From NCBI RefSeq assembly GCF_055900595.2, contig NZ_CM148325.1: a stretch of DNA of 64,000 bases, one strand, 5' to 3'. The notes below the pieces were generated by a model. It was not told the DNA's origin, ran no database searches, and worked only from the letters and a program-made list of their open reading frames with translations. Position numbers and translations under genes: made by a program. Position 1 is the stretch's first letter, and the number at the start of each line of letters is the position of its first letter. Positions 52,059 to 63,834 of the stretch are shown one piece after another.

Positions 52059-54395
52059 ATGAAGCAAATTCGTCTGCTGGCGCAGTATTATGTTGACCTG
52101 ATGATGAAGTTAGGTCTGGTGCGCTTCTCAATGTTGCTGGCGCTGGCCCTCGTCGTTCTTGCCATTGTTGTACAAATGGCAGTGACCATGGTGCTGCATG
52201 GTCAGGTCGAAAGCATTGATGTTATTCGTTCTATCTTCTTTGGTTTGCTGATTACGCCGTGGGCGGTCTACTTTCTATCGGTGGTCGTCGAGCAACTGGA
52301 GGAGTCACGACAACGTCTGTCACGGCTGGTGCAAAAACTGGAGGAGATGCGCGAGCGCGATTTGAGCCTCAACGTTCAGTTAAAAGATAATATTGCCCAG
52401 CTAAATCAGGAAATTGCCGTTCGTGAAAAAGCGGAAGCAGAACTGCAGGAAACCTTCGGCCAACTGAAAATTGAAATTAAAGAGCGCGAAGAGACACAAA
52501 TTCAGCTCGAGCAGCAATCCTCATTCTTACGTTCCTTCCTTGATGCTTCACCCGACCTGGTTTTTTATCGTAACGAAGATAAAGAGTTTTCCGGCTGTAA
52601 CCGCGCGATGGAGCTGCTGACCGGAAAAAGCGAAAAACAACTGGTTCACCTGAAACCTGCTGATGTTTACTCACCGGAAGCCGCTGCGAAAGTCATTGAA
52701 ACCGATGAAAAAGTGTTCCGTCATAATGTGTCACTGACCTATGAGCAGTGGCTGGATTATCCCGACGGACGCAAAGCCTGCTTTGAAATCCGTAAAGTGC
52801 CGTACTACGACCGCGTGGGTAAACGTCACGGTTTGATGGGCTTTGGTCGTGACATTACCGAGCGTAAGCGGTATCAGGATGCACTTGAACGCGCCAGCCG
52901 CGACAAAACGACGTTTATTTCCACCATCAGTCACGAATTGCGTACACCGCTGAACGGTATCGTCGGCCTGAGTCGCATTCTGCTGGATACCGAACTCACC
53001 GCCGAGCAGGAAAAATATCTCAAAACCATCCATGTTTCTGCCGTCACGCTGGGGAATATCTTCAACGATATTATCGACATGGATAAGATGGAACGGCGCA
53101 AGGTCCAGCTTGATAATCAGCCGGTTGATTTCACCAGCTTCCTTGCCGATCTGGAAAATCTCTCCGCATTGCAGGCGCAACAGAAAGGATTGCGCTTTAA
53201 TCTGGAGCCGACGCTGCCATTACCGCATCAGGTCATTACCGACGGGACGCGTTTACGGCAGATCCTGTGGAATCTCATCAGTAACGCCGTCAAATTCACC
53301 CAGCAAGGCCAGGTTACCGTGCGCGTGCGCTACGATGAAGGCGATATGCTGCATTTTGAAGTGGAAGACTCTGGTATCGGCATTCCGCAGGATGAGCTGG
53401 ATAAAATCTTCGCCATGTATTACCAGGTGAAAGACAGTCACGGCGGTAAGCCCGCCACTGGCACCGGTATTGGTCTGGCCGTTTCTCGTCGTCTGGCGAA
53501 AAATATGGGCGGCGATATTACGGTTACCAGCGAACAGGGCAAAGGTTCCACCTTTACGTTGACGATCCACGCACCGTCGGTAGCAGAAGAGGTTGATGAT
53601 GCGTTTGATGAAGACGATATGCCTTTACCGGCGCTGAATGTGCTGCTGGTGGAAGACATTGAACTGAACGTGATTGTCGCACGCTCTGTGCTGGAAAAAT
53701 TAGGTAACAGCGTTGATGTCGCCATGACCGGCAAGACGGCGCTGGAGATGTTTAAACCGGGCGAATACGACCTGGTGTTGCTGGATATTCAGTTGCCAGA
53801 TATGACCGGGCTGGATATCTCTCGTGAACTGACGAAGCGATATCCGCGCGAGGATTTACCACCGCTGGTAGCCTTAACCGCTAACGTGCTGAAAGACAAA
53901 CAAGAGTACCTCAATGCTGGAATGGATGATGTGCTGAGTAAGCCGCTTTCTGTTCCAGCGCTAACCGCGATGATCAAGAAATTCTGGGATACCCAGGATG
54001 ATGAGGAGAGCACGGTGACGACAGAAGAGAACAGTAAATCAGAAGCATTGCTCGATATTCCCATGCTGGAACAGTATCTCGAACTTGTAGGACCGAAGCT
54101 GATTACCGACGGGTTAGCGGTGTTTGAGAAGATGATGCCGGGCTATGTGAGTGTACTGGAGTCGAACCTGACGGCGCAGGATAAAAAAGGCATCGTCGAG
54201 GAAGGGCATAAAATTAAAGGCGCGGCGGGTTCAGTGGGGTTACGCCATCTGCAACAGCTGGGTCAGCAAATTCAGTCTCCTGACCTTCCTGCGTGGGAAG
54301 ATAACGTCGGTGAATGGATTGAAGAGATGAAAGAAGAGTGGCGTCACGACGTAGACGTGTTGAAAGCGTGGGTGGCAAAAGCCACAAAAAAATGA
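52059..54395 (+). CDS. arcB: Aerobic respiration control sensor kinase ArcB (hybrid histidine kinase)
   Basis: 778 aa with transmembrane segments, PAS, HisKA (SHELRTPLN), HATPase, receiver and HPt domains. Confidence 0.96.
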   Translation: MKQIRLLAQYYVDLMMKLGLVRFSMLLALALVVLAIVVQMAVTMVLHGQVESIDVIRSIFFGLLITPWAVYFLSVVVEQLEESRQRLSRLVQKLEEMRERDLSLNVQLKDNIAQLNQEIAVREKAEAELQETFGQLKIEIKEREETQIQLEQQSSFLRSFLDASPDLVFYRNEDKEFSGCNRAMELLTGKSEKQLVHLKPADVYSPEAAAKVIETDEKVFRHNVSLTYEQWLDYPDGRKACFEIRKVPYYDRVGKRHGLMGFGRDITERKRYQDALERASRDKTTFISTISHELRTPLNGIVGLSRILLDTELTAEQEKYLKTIHVSAVTLGNIFNDIIDMDKMERRKVQLDNQPVDFTSFLADLENLSALQAQQKGLRFNLEPTLPLPHQVITDGTRLRQILWNLISNAVKFTQQGQVTVRVRYDEGDMLHFEVEDSGIGIPQDELDKIFAMYYQVKDSHGGKPATGTGIGLAVSRRLAKNMGGDITVTSEQGKGSTFTLTIHAPSVAEEVDDAFDEDDMPLPALNVLLVEDIELNVIVARSVLEKLGNSVDVAMTGKTALEMFKPGEYDLVLLDIQLPDMTGLDISRELTKRYPREDLPPLVALTANVLKDKQEYLNAGMDDVLSKPLSVPALTAMIKKFWDTQDDEESTVTTEENSKSEALLDIPMLEQYLELVGPKLITDGLAVFEKMMPGYVSVLESNLTAQDKKGIVEEGHKIKGAAGSVGLRHLQQLGQQIQSPDLPAWEDNVGEWIEEMKEEWRHDVDVLKAWVAKATKK

Positions 54396-54507
54396 CCCCG
54401 GCTAGACCGGGGTGCGCGAATACTGCGCCAACACCAGGGAAATCTTGGCTGCGCCGTAAATTTTTATGATGAGTTACAAGGGCACAGCACTTTTTTTCAG
54501 GCCGCAC
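54386..54507 (-). ncRNA. arcZ: sRNA ArcZ (RyhA/SraH), convergent with and overlapping the arcB 3' end
   Basis: The minus strand reads GTGCGGCCTGAAAAAAAGTGCTGTGCCCTTGTAACTCATCAT...GGCGCAGTATTCGCGCACCCCGGTCTAGCCGGGGTCATTTTTTT, matching the ArcZ sequence and its terminator as I recall them. Confidence 0.85.
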
Positions 54508-54624
54508 GCAGTTAAGATAGCAAAACTTAAATGATTTGTTACATGAATCAGTTAAATGTGTGATGCGTAGCATTTTTATTAAAAAAATTAATGTGTTTCA
54601 GTCAATTGCGAAAGGATGATCACA

Positions 54625-55278
54625 ATGAAGAAAATTGGCGTAATTCTGAGCGGATGCGGCGTCTATGACGGTTCTGAAATTCATGAAGCGGTGTTGACGT
54701 TGTTAGCTATTTCACGCAGTGGTGCGCAGGCGGTCTGCTTTGCACCGGATAAGCAGCAGGTTGATGTAATCAATCATTTAACTGGCGAAGCGATGCCGGA
54801 AACGCGCAATGTGCTGATTGAAGCGGCACGAATAACGCGCGGTGAAATCCGTCCTCTGGCTCAGGCCGATGCCGCTGAACTGGATGCGTTGATTGTGCCG
54901 GGGGGGTTTGGTGCGGCGAAGAATTTAAGCAACTTTGCCCGTCTGGGGAGTGAATGCACCGTTGAGCGTGAATTACAGGCGCTGGCGCAAGCGATGCATC
55001 AGGCCGGAAAACCGCTTGGTTTTATGTGTATTGCCCCGGCGATGCTGCCGAAAATTTTCGATTTCCCGCTGCGTTTGACCATCGGTACTGATATCGATAC
55101 CGCAGAAGTGCTGGAGGAGATGGGCGCGGAGCATGTGCCGTGTCCTGTCGATGATATCGTGGTTGATGAAGACAATAAGATTGTCACCACCCCGGCATAT
55201 ATGCTGGCGCAGAACATTGCAGAAGCGGCGAGCGGCATTGATAAGCTGGTTTCCCGCGTGCTGGTTCTGACTGAATGA
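54625..55278 (+). CDS. elbB: ElbB, DJ-1/PfpI-family glyoxalase-like protein
   Basis: 217 aa from [24 protein letters not shown].... Confidence 0.9.
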   Translation: MKKIGVILSGCGVYDGSEIHEAVLTLLAISRSGAQAVCFAPDKQQVDVINHLTGEAMPETRNVLIEAARITRGEIRPLAQADAAELDALIVPGGFGAAKNLSNFARLGSECTVERELQALAQAMHQAGKPLGFMCIAPAMLPKIFDFPLRLTIGTDIDTAEVLEEMGAEHVPCPVDDIVVDEDNKIVTTPAYMLAQNIAEAASGIDKLVSRVLVLTE

Positions 55279-56003
55279 GTAAAAGCCGCTTAACGGTGTT
55301 TAGTTTCGTTCGCCGTTTTCTTCTACGGTTAATGGTTGTCCTCGCCGTTTTCTGGGGCGGGGGCATCGCGTTGTTTAGCGTTGCGCCTGTTCCTTTCTCA
55401 GCGGTAATGGCCGAGCGACAAGTCAGCGCCTGGCTGCATGGCAATTTTCGTTACGTGGCACATTCTGACTGGGTCAGTATGGATCAAATCTCGCCGTGGA
55501 TGGGACTGGCGGTGATTGCCGCAGAAGATCAGAAGTTTCCTGAGCACTGGGGCTTTGATGTCGCTTCCATTGAGCAAGCCCTGGCGCACAACGAGCGCAA
55601 TGAAAACCGTATTCGCGGTGCTTCAACGATTTCTCAGCAGACAGCCAAAAATCTCTTTTTATGGGATGGGCGTAGCTGGGTTCGAAAAGGGCTGGAAGCT
55701 GGATTAACGCTGGGGATAGAAACAGTCTGGAGCAAAAAGCGTATCCTGACGGTTTACCTGAATATCGCCGAATTTGGCGACGGTGTGTTTGGCGTCGAAG
55801 CTGCGGCACAACGTTATTTCCACAAACCCGCGAGCAAACTTACCCGGTCGGAAGCTGCGTTACTGGCTGCCGTATTACCTAATCCACTGCGTTTCAAAGT
55901 CTCCGCGCCATCGGGCTATGTGCGTAGCCGTCAGGCGTGGATTTTACGGCAGATGTATCAGTTAGGCGGTGAGTCGTTTATGCAACAACACCAGCTGAAT
56001 TAA
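55275..56003 (+). CDS. mtgA: Monofunctional peptidoglycan glycosyltransferase
   Basis: 242 aa with a transglycosylase motif (..[12 protein letters not shown]..). Start overlaps the elbB stop. Confidence 0.93.
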   Translation: MSKSRLTVFSFVRRFLLRLMVVLAVFWGGGIALFSVAPVPFSAVMAERQVSAWLHGNFRYVAHSDWVSMDQISPWMGLAVIAAEDQKFPEHWGFDVASIEQALAHNERNENRIRGASTISQQTAKNLFLWDGRSWVRKGLEAGLTLGIETVWSKKRILTVYLNIAEFGDGVFGVEAAAQRYFHKPASKLTRSEAALLAAVLPNPLRFKVSAPSGYVRSRQAWILRQMYQLGGESFMQQHQLN

Positions 56004-56632
56004 GCTTCGCGCGAAGTGAGGGCCAGCGTTTTGCTCTCACGTGGTTGCAGATCTTTCTGTAGGGCAATAGCCAGTGCCGGCTGGGCGATAAACCGTTTCC
56101 ATAACCGCTCTTGCTTTCGCTGACAACACCACTTTGACCAGGTCGCCAGTGGAATCAACGTGCTTTCACCAATGTTGTCGCAGACGACGGGGATAACCTC
56201 TGACTCACTGATGCGGTGACAGAGGATATTCTGCGGCTTCAACGACATCGTCACGATATGGTTATCCTGCAAATAACGTTTCAGCTGTTTCAGTAACTGG
56301 CGCAGCTGTGCAACGTCTTCTTCGTAACGGCATTGTTCTGCAAATTCGGTCAGCGTAACGGAGGGCTTACCGTCGAAATCGGCAATCACATCGTAGACAT
56401 AACCCGTTCCGCAATCCGTCTCCACGGTACCGTGATAGCGCGGTATTCCACTCCAGTCTTTTAACCGGCGACCAAGATGCGCGTAATACTTTAACTCACG
56501 GCGGATCTCTTTATCACCACCATCACCACGGTTGTAGACAATCTTGATACAGCGTTGGGCATCTTCCGGATGCGCATAACATTTCCGATGTCTTCCGGTG
56601 CCCAGGGGATTTTGTTCAGATAAGCGAATCAT
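56000..56632 (-). CDS. yrbL: YrbL (PhoP-regulon protein, kinase-like fold)
   Basis: 210 aa from [33 protein letters not shown].... The six-frame ORF is extended at the N-terminus. Confidence 0.85.
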   Translation of the reverse strand: MIRLSEQNPLGTGRHRKCYAHPEDAQRCIKIVYNRGDGGDKEIRRELKYYAHLGRRLKDWSGIPRYHGTVETDCGTGYVYDVIADFDGKPSVTLTEFAEQCRYEEDVAQLRQLLKQLKRYLQDNHIVTMSLKPQNILCHRISESEVIPVVCDNIGESTLIPLATWSKWCCQRKQERLWKRFIAQPALAIALQKDLQPRESKTLALTSREA

Positions 56633-56844
56633 ACCATCTCCTGGAAATATTTTCTGACGATCTCCAGTATGGTCAAATAACTTAAACAAAACCTAAACAA
56701 TGCCTCTTAAGGTTTTCTTAAGGTTCTTCTGAAAGTGAAAAGCGCACAAAATGTACAATTTCCGTCATTAATAACGATTTCAGTACGCGCTTTTTTTATT
56801 GTCGGGGGGAGCTTGAAGGGATTTGTATGTCAAAGTGATGAAAA

Positions 56845-57117
56845 TTAATCTTCATCAAAACCAGAGTTAAAGAGGGCGATAACGGCGGCCAGTGCTTCCT
56901 CTTCCTGTGGACCGGTCGCTTCGACTTCAATCTGCCGTCCTTTGGCAGAATCCAGCATCAGCAGCGCAATAACGCTGTTGGCTTCAGCTTCAGTGCCTTC
57001 ATCGTTACGTAACAGCACTTCAGCGTCAAAACCCTGCATTAATTCAAACAGCTTCATTGCAGGCCGGGCATGCATGCCCAGCTTGTTTGTGATTTCAACC
57101 GTTTGCTTGACGGTCAT
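56845..57117 (-). CDS. npr: Phosphocarrier protein NPr (PtsO) of the nitrogen PTS
   Basis: 90 aa, [30 protein letters not shown]... (HPr-like). Confidence 0.95.
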
Positions 57118-57968
57118 GGTTTACGTTTTTCCAGCGTACGATGGCGTGACTGGACGTTTTTACCGCGTGAACGGAAGTAGTCTGCCAACTGCTCTGCAAT
57201 ATACACCGAACGGTGCTTCCCGCCAGTACAACCAATGGCGACCGTCAGGTAGCTACGGTTGTTGGTTTCCAGCATAGGTAACCATAGCTCAAGATAGCTT
57301 CGCGTCTGGTAAATAAAATTGTGTACTTCTGTGTGGCGGTCGAGGAATGCGGCGACAGGCTTATCAAGACCTGTCATCGGACGCAGTTTTGGATCCCAGT
57401 GCGGGTTCGGCAAGAAGCGCACGTCAAAGACGTAATCTGCATCGATAGGGATACCGTGTTTGAAGCCGAAAGACTCAAAGACCATGGTCAGTTCGCGTTC
57501 ACGTTTACCCAGTAAACGGGTACGCAACATTTCTGCCAGCTCGTGAACGGACATTTCTGAGGTATCGACAATCAGATCCGCTCGCGAACGCAGTGGTTCC
57601 AGTAGATCGCTTTCTTTGTCGATAGCACTTTCCAGCGACAGGTTTTTGCTGGAAAGCGGATGCAGGCGGCGCGTGTCACTGTAACGACGAATTAAGGTAT
57701 TACGGTCGGCATCCAGGAACAGGAGTTGCGGTGAGAAAGCGTCAGGTAGGTTACTCATCGCCTGTTCGAATATTTCTGGTGACTCCGGCATATTACGAAC
57801 ATCAATGCTGACGGCGGCAGAAATCTCGCGATCGGCCAGAGTTCGAGCCAGATCGGGTAACAACACTACGGGGAGGTTATCCACGCAGTAAAAACCCATA
57901 TCTTCCAGCGCACGAAGGGCGACAGATTTACCTGAACCTGAACGTCCGCTGACGATCATCAGTACCAT
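57114..57968 (-). CDS. rapZ: RNase adaptor protein RapZ (YhbJ)
   Basis: 284 aa with Walker A GRSGSGKS. Confidence 0.95.
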
Positions 57969-58013
57969 GTACTGTTTCTCCTCACAACGTCTAAAAGAGA
58001 CATTACCGAATAA

Positions 58014-58505
58014 CTACGCTTCATCCGGAGTACCTTCGGTATCCGTAATGATTTGATACAGCTCTTCATCGCTCTGGGCTGCGCGTAAACGGCGGCAGAT
58101 GGTTTTATCCGCCAGACGTTTCGCCACCAGCGACAGAGTATGCAGGTGCGTTTTGGTTTGGTCAGCCGGAACCAGCAACGCAAACAGTAAATCTACCGGT
58201 TGGTTGTCAATGGCATCGAAAGCTATGGGCGTTTCGAGCTGAACGAAAACACCAACGGCGCGCAGAGTATCTTCTTCCAGTTTGCCATGCGGAATGGCTA
58301 TACCATTGCCGATACCGGTACTGCCCATTTTTTCCCGCGTCAGGATAGCTTCAAAAACCACCTGAGGCGGCAGGCTAAGTTGTTTCGCCGCCAGCTCGCT
58401 GATGATTTCCAGGGCGCGTTTTTTGCTCTGACAGTGGACGCGGCTTCGCGTACATTCCCTGTTAAGAACAGTGCTAAGCTGTAGAGTTGTATCATTATTT
58501 GTCAT
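58014..58505 (-). CDS. ptsN: Nitrogen-PTS EIIA (PtsN, EIIA-Ntr)
   Basis: 163 aa from MTNNDTTLQLSTVLNRECTRSRVHCQSKKRALEIISE.... Confidence 0.95.
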   Translation of the reverse strand: MTNNDTTLQLSTVLNRECTRSRVHCQSKKRALEIISELAAKQLSLPPQVVFEAILTREKMGSTGIGNGIAIPHGKLEEDTLRAVGVFVQLETPIAFDAIDNQPVDLLFALLVPADQTKTHLHTLSLVAKRLADKTICRRLRAAQSDEELYQIITDTEGTPDEA

Positions 58506-58622
58506 AATTTCACCTAAGAACCTGCTCACTCAAACGGTGGAACAGGTTCGGAGCATTAACTGTACAAATGGCCCGTTGTGCCGCACAACAGGCCGCCATG
58601 CACATGCTAATTGCCCGGACAA

Positions 58623-58910
58623 TTAGTGTTGTTTCAGTTTATCTTTATGTTTGGTCAACTGGCGTGCCAGCTTATCAATTAAGCCATCAATGGCAGCGTA
58701 CATGTCCTGACCTTCCGCGCTGGCATGAATTTCACCACCGTTTACATGCAGTGTTGCATCTGAGGTATGGGTGACTTTCTCCACTTTCAGAACAACATAG
58801 ACCTGGTTGATTCGGTCAAAATATTGCTCAAGTTTGGCAAATTTAGCAGTAACAAATTCGCGCAGTGCCTCGGTGATCTCGACGTTATTTCCGGTAATGT
58901 TGAGCTGCAT
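58623..58910 (-). CDS. hpf: Ribosome hibernation promoting factor
   Basis: 95 aa from MQLNITGNNVEITEALREFVTAKFAKLEQYF.... Confidence 0.95.
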   Translation of the reverse strand: MQLNITGNNVEITEALREFVTAKFAKLEQYFDRINQVYVVLKVEKVTHTSDATLHVNGGEIHASAEGQDMYAAIDGLIDKLARQLTKHKDKLKQH

Positions 58911-58932
58911 AGTGTCTTCCTTATCGGTTGGG

Positions 58933-60366
58933 TCAAACGAGCTGTTTACGCTGGTTTGACGGCGGAATGGATAAAGACTCTCGGTACTTCGCAACAGTGC
59001 GGCGTGCCACCATGATACCTTGTTCTGACAGCAAAGAGGTTAACTTGCTGTCGCTTAGCGGTTTCGCTGGGTTTTCCGCCGCGATTAATTTCTTCACCAG
59101 CGCACGAATTGCCGTTGAGGAAGCTTCGCCGCCGCCCTCGGTATTGACGTGACTGGAAAAGAAATACTTCAGTTCAAAAATGCCTCGTGGACTATGCAGG
59201 TATTTTTGCGTGGTCACGCGAGATATCGTCGATTCATGCATTTCGACAGCCTGGGCGATATCGGCCAGTACCATCGGTTTCATATATTCTTCGCCTTGCT
59301 CAAAGAAGGCTTGCTGCTGTTCAACGATACAGCGACTCACGCGTAGTAGCGTATCGTTACGGCTTTCCAGACTCTTGATCAACCATTTGGCATCCTGCAG
59401 ATTGCTGCGGATAAACTGGCTGTCACCGTCGTTGCGCGCGTTATTGCACATCGAGGCGTAGTGCTGGTTGATTTGCAGACGCGGAATGCTGTCGCTGTTG
59501 AGTTCTACTGTCCAGTGACCGTTATGCTTACGCACCAGTACATCTGGAATAACATACTCCGGTTCACCAGTCTGGATCGACTGTCCGGGGCGTGGATCGA
59601 GCGACTGGATCAGATTGACGGCTTCTTTCAGCACATCTTCTTTCAGTCGCGTGACGCGCATCAAGGTGCGGAAGTCGTGATTGGCTAACAGATCGAGATG
59701 ATCGCTAATGATCAGTCTCGCCTCTTCCAGCCACGGCGTAGTTTTATCGAATTGGGAGAGTTGGATCAGCAGGCAGTCACGCAGATCTTTCGCCGCTACG
59801 CCGACCGGATCAAACCGTTGGATCCGCTTCAGGACGGCTTCAACTTCATCGATGTCGATTTCTTCATCGCCCATACTTTCGAGAATATCTTCCAGCGGAA
59901 CAGTCAGATAACCGGTGTCATCAACGGCATCGACGATAGAGGTAGCAATAGCGCGGTCTGTGTCGGAAAACGGTGTCAGCTCGACTTGCCACATCAGGTA
60001 ATCTTGCAAGGTCTGCGTTGTTTCGCCCTGATAGACCGGCAGCTCGTCGTCAATGTAGTCACCGCTGGTGCCGGAGGGTGTACCAGCGGTGTAAATGGTG
60101 TCCCAACTGGCATCGAGCGGCAGCTCTTCCGGCATCTCTTTTTGTTCGAGTGCGTCGGCGGTGTCCAGTGTTTCACTGTCTTGCGTTTCGCGGGTGTCGA
60201 TTTCTTCATGAGTGTCGATTTGCTCAAGCAGCGGATTACTCTCCAGCGCCTGCTGTAGCTCCTGCTGAAGTTCCAGCGTCGACAACTGCAACAGACGAAT
60301 AGCCTGTTGGAGCTGTGGCGTCATCGCCAGTTGTTGGCTAAGCCTGAGTTGCAAACCTTGCTTCAT
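58933..60366 (-). CDS. rpoN: RNA polymerase sigma-54 factor
   Basis: 477 aa, [49 protein letters not shown]..., with the C-terminal RpoN box [10 protein letters not shown]. Confidence 0.97.
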   Translation of the reverse strand: MKQGLQLRLSQQLAMTPQLQQAIRLLQLSTLELQQELQQALESNPLLEQIDTHEEIDTRETQDSETLDTADALEQKEMPEELPLDASWDTIYTAGTPSGTSGDYIDDELPVYQGETTQTLQDYLMWQVELTPFSDTDRAIATSIVDAVDDTGYLTVPLEDILESMGDEEIDIDEVEAVLKRIQRFDPVGVAAKDLRDCLLIQLSQFDKTTPWLEEARLIISDHLDLLANHDFRTLMRVTRLKEDVLKEAVNLIQSLDPRPGQSIQTGEPEYVIPDVLVRKHNGHWTVELNSDSIPRLQINQHYASMCNNARNDGDSQFIRSNLQDAKWLIKSLESRNDTLLRVSRCIVEQQQAFFEQGEEYMKPMVLADIAQAVEMHESTISRVTTQKYLHSPRGIFELKYFFSSHVNTEGGGEASSTAIRALVKKLIAAENPAKPLSDSKLTSLLSEQGIMVARRTVAKYRESLSIPPSNQRKQLV

Positions 60367-60413
60367 GTTCAGAATCGTACTCTCCTGATAAAACGTCGCA
60401 AACTTCTACCCTA

Positions 60414-61139
60414 TCAGAGTCTGAAGTCTTCCCCAAGGTATACACGCTTAACATGTTCGTCTTGTAAGATTTCTGTAGGCGTGCCGTGGGCGATCAAATG
60501 CCCCTGACTGACGATATAAGCGCGTTCACAAACCGCCAGCGTTTCACGCACGTTATGGTCGGTGATCAGCACGCCCAGGCCGCTGTCGCGCAAGTGCTCA
60601 ATGATGCGTTTGATGTCGATAACCGAGATCGGGTCAACCCCGGCAAACGGTTCATCAAGCAGAATAAATTTCGGATTCGCAGCCAGTGCACGGGCAATTT
60701 CTACACGGCGACGTTCACCCCCGGAGAGTGACTGCCCCATGCTGTCACGCAGGTGTTCGATGTGAAACTCTTCCATCAGCTCGTTCGCGCGGTCTTCACG
60801 TTGTTCAGCAGACAAGTCGTCACGAATTTGCAGTACCGCCATCAGGTTATCGTAAACGCTGAGGCGACGAAAAATGGAGGCTTCCTGCGGCAGATAGCCG
60901 ATACCGCGGCGCGCGCGCGCATGCAGAGGCAGCAGACTGATATCGTCATCATCAATAATGATATTGCCCGCATCGCGCGGCACAATGCCAACAACCATGT
61001 AGAAAGTGGTGGTCTTACCGGCACCGTTTGGCCCCAGCAGACCGACAATTTCCCCGGAGTTGACGGTCAGGCTAACGTCTTCTACCACGCGGCGGCCTTT
61101 ATAGGCTTTTGCAAGGTTCTTTGCAGTTAATGTTGCCAT
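60414..61139 (-). CDS. lptB: LPS export ABC transporter ATPase LptB
   Basis: 241 aa, [44 protein letters not shown].... Confidence 0.97.
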
Positions 61140-61145
61140 AACGAA

Positions 61146-61703
61146 TTAATTACCCTTCTTCTGTGCCGGGGTCTGGCCTTTGTTGTTTTTGTCCTGCAGC
61201 TGCGACGGCACCAGAACGGTGGTTACGCGCTTGCCTTTGTCGCTGAACGCCTGCATTTTCTGCTCTTTCACCAGGTAAGTGATCTTATCACCCTTAATGT
61301 TGCTATCGACCTGCTGCAGATAAGCATTACCCGTCAGAACGACAAAATCTTTTGCCAATTCGTAGTGCATCTGGGAAGCGTGACCTTCAACGGGTTTACC
61401 GTTGTCCTGCATCTGGTAGAACGTTGCCGGTTTACCGTAGCCGTCAATCACTTCTTTACCTTGTTCGCCGCCCGGACGGGTAACGACCACTTTGTCGGCA
61501 TTAATTTTGATGGTGCCCTGGGTGACGATGACATTACCGGTAAAGGTAACCACGTTGCCTTGCATATCAAGAGATTGCTGGTCCGATTCAATGTGGATCG
61601 GCTGATCAGTGTCTCCGGTTACGGCAAATGCCGGAATGGTGGCGGCCAGAAGTGAGCTGGCAAGCACAAGATTAAGGCTGAGTTTGTTTGTTTTGAATTT
61701 CAT
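61146..61703 (-). CDS. lptA: Periplasmic LPS transport protein LptA
   Basis: 185 aa from MKFKTNKLSLNLVLASSLLAA... (signal peptide). Confidence 0.95.
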   Translation of the reverse strand: MKFKTNKLSLNLVLASSLLAATIPAFAVTGDTDQPIHIESDQQSLDMQGNVVTFTGNVIVTQGTIKINADKVVVTRPGGEQGKEVIDGYGKPATFYQMQDNGKPVEGHASQMHYELAKDFVVLTGNAYLQQVDSNIKGDKITYLVKEQKMQAFSDKGKRVTTVLVPSQLQDKNNKGQTPAQKKGN

Positions 61704-62247
61704 AGGATGTTCTAACCTTTTCAATCAGCTCGGCGTTCTTGCTGCGTAAGTTGCCGCGCATTTTCAGACCGCTGGAGTTAAATGTTGTTCCGTATAACGT
61801 GACAAGGTCTTCAGAGGTAACATCCTGCGTCACCAGATTGATCTGCGCGTTATCCGTCGTGATTCTGCGAAGTTGAGAGTCCGGCACGAGTGCGTTGACT
61901 TCAACGTGTCCATATAAATAGAGCATCCGGTCATTGGTCAGCTTGGCTTTATCTGCTTTTACGGACCATGTCGGGATTTTATCCTTATCAAACGTGGTAA
62001 GTACCGGCTGCGTAAACCACGAAACGGCCTGATCGGAATAATATTCAACGTGTTGAGCAATCAATCGATAGCTTAGTGCCCCTTCTGGGTTATAGACGAG
62101 CGTGTCCGTATGCTCGCTTTTATAGGTGGGATCATTATTGTTGATGACCACCTGGGCGGTATCGTCTTTTTCGGCCATATTAATGCCGATCATCACCAGA
62201 ACCGCCAGTGATAGCACAATGATAACCCAACGTCTGGCTTTACTCAT
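61672..62247 (-). CDS. lptC: LPS export protein LptC
   Basis: 191 aa with an N-terminal membrane anchor. Its 3' end overlaps the lptA start by 32 bp. Confidence 0.95.
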   Translation of the reverse strand: MSKARRWVIIVLSLAVLVMIGINMAEKDDTAQVVINNNDPTYKSEHTDTLVYNPEGALSYRLIAQHVEYYSDQAVSWFTQPVLTTFDKDKIPTWSVKADKAKLTNDRMLYLYGHVEVNALVPDSQLRRITTDNAQINLVTQDVTSEDLVTLYGTTFNSSGLKMRGNLRSKNAELIEKVRTSYEIQNKQTQP

Positions 62248-62810
62248 ATCGATTGCCCTTTGGCTTCATCCAGTTTGCCCTGCGCCAGGAGTAATAAGTC
62301 GCAAACTTCTCGCACTGCGCCACGACCGCCAGCAATGCGCGTCACGTAATCGGCGCGCGGGAGCAACAGTGGATGCGCATCGGCCACGGCGATGCTTAAA
62401 CCCACTTTTTCCATTACCGGCCAGTCAATGAGATCATCGCCGACATAAGCCACATTTTCCGGGGCAATTGCCAGTTTTTCCAGCAGATCGCTAAAGGCGA
62501 TCAGTTTGTTTGACTGCCCCTGATACAAGTGAGTGATCCCCAATGTGGCACAACGATCTTCTACCAGTTTAGCCTTTCGCCCGGTAATGATAGCGACTTC
62601 AATATCAGAGGTGAGCGCACAACGAATGCCATAACCGTCACGAACGTTGAACGCTTTCAGCTCTTCGCCATTATTGCCCATATAAATCAGGCCATCTGAC
62701 AGTACGCCATCAACGTCGAGGATCAGCAGACGAATGTTCTCTGCTTTTGCCATAACGTCGGCGCTGACAGGGCCGTAACAGGTCGCAAGCGACGCACCTG
62801 CTTTGCTCAT
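62244..62810 (-). CDS. kdsC: 3-deoxy-D-manno-octulosonate 8-phosphate phosphatase
   Basis: 188 aa, HAD-family, with the catalytic motif ILDVDGVLSDG. Confidence 0.95.
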   Translation of the reverse strand: MSKAGASLATCYGPVSADVMAKAENIRLLILDVDGVLSDGLIYMGNNGEELKAFNVRDGYGIRCALTSDIEVAIITGRKAKLVEDRCATLGITHLYQGQSNKLIAFSDLLEKLAIAPENVAYVGDDLIDWPVMEKVGLSIAVADAHPLLLPRADYVTRIAGGRGAVREVCDLLLLAQGKLDEAKGQSI

Positions 62811-62830
62811 TGTTGTTTATCCTTGAATCT

Positions 62831-63817
62831 TTACACTACGCCTGCACGCAGTAAATCATGCATATGTAACACACCGAGTAAATGGTCGCCATCGGCAACC
62901 ATCACGGAGGTGATATGGCGGGACTGCATTAAGTTCAGTGCCTCAACGGCCAGAATGCCAGGGCGTACACGTATTCCCCCCGGCGTCATCACATCGGCAA
63001 TACTTAACTGACGAACATCCACACCCATATCGAAGACACGGCGTAAATCACCGTCGGTAAAGATGCCTTCAATCATCATATTGTCATCGCAAATGACCGT
63101 CATACCAAGATTTTTGCGGGTAACTTCCAGCAACGCGTCGCGCAGGCTGGCCGTTTTCTTAACATGCGGGATCTCATCGCCCGTATGCATAATATCGTTT
63201 ACGCGCAGCAGAAGTTTACGACCCAGTGCGCCGCCGGGGTGTGAGAGCGCAAAATCTTCAGCAGTAAAGCCGCGTGCTTTTAACAGCGCGACAGCGAGCG
63301 CATCGCCCATAACCAGCGTGGCGGTCGTGCTGCTGGTCGGTGCCAGCCCTAACGGACAGGCTTCTTTCGCTACTTTAACACACAGATGCACATCTGCGGC
63401 GCGCGCCATGCTGCTCTCCGGGCGACCGGTGATGCAGATTAACGGCACGTGAAGACGCTTAAGCACTGGAATTAAGGCCGTGATTTCGCTGGATTCACCG
63501 GAGTTAGAGATAGCAATCACCACGTCCTGCGGGGTGACCATACCCAAATCACCATGAGCAGCTTCACCTGGATGGACGAAAAATGAAGGTGTACCAGTGC
63601 TGGCAAACGTTGCCGCCATTTTGCGCCCAATATGCCCCGATTTCCCCATCCCCATGACGACAACTTTCCCTTTACACCAGAACATCTTTTCACAGGCAAG
63701 CGTGAAATTCTGATTGATGTATTGATCAAGCTCCGCCAGGCAGTCACGTTCAATCGCCAGGACTTCTTTACCTGCTTGCTGAAAGTCAAAACCCGGTTGT
63801 AACTCTACGTGCGACAT
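62831..63817 (-). CDS. kdsD: D-arabinose 5-phosphate isomerase
   Basis: 328 aa from MSHVELQPGFDFQQAGKEVLAIERD..., with a SIS domain and tandem CBS domains. Confidence 0.95.
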   Translation of the reverse strand: MSHVELQPGFDFQQAGKEVLAIERDCLAELDQYINQNFTLACEKMFWCKGKVVVMGMGKSGHIGRKMAATFASTGTPSFFVHPGEAAHGDLGMVTPQDVVIAISNSGESSEITALIPVLKRLHVPLICITGRPESSMARAADVHLCVKVAKEACPLGLAPTSSTTATLVMGDALAVALLKARGFTAEDFALSHPGGALGRKLLLRVNDIMHTGDEIPHVKKTASLRDALLEVTRKNLGMTVICDDNMMIEGIFTDGDLRRVFDMGVDVRQLSIADVMTPGGIRVRPGILAVEALNLMQSRHITSVMVADGDHLLGVLHMHDLLRAGVV

Positions 63818-63834
63818 AATGCGTTTCCAGTTAT

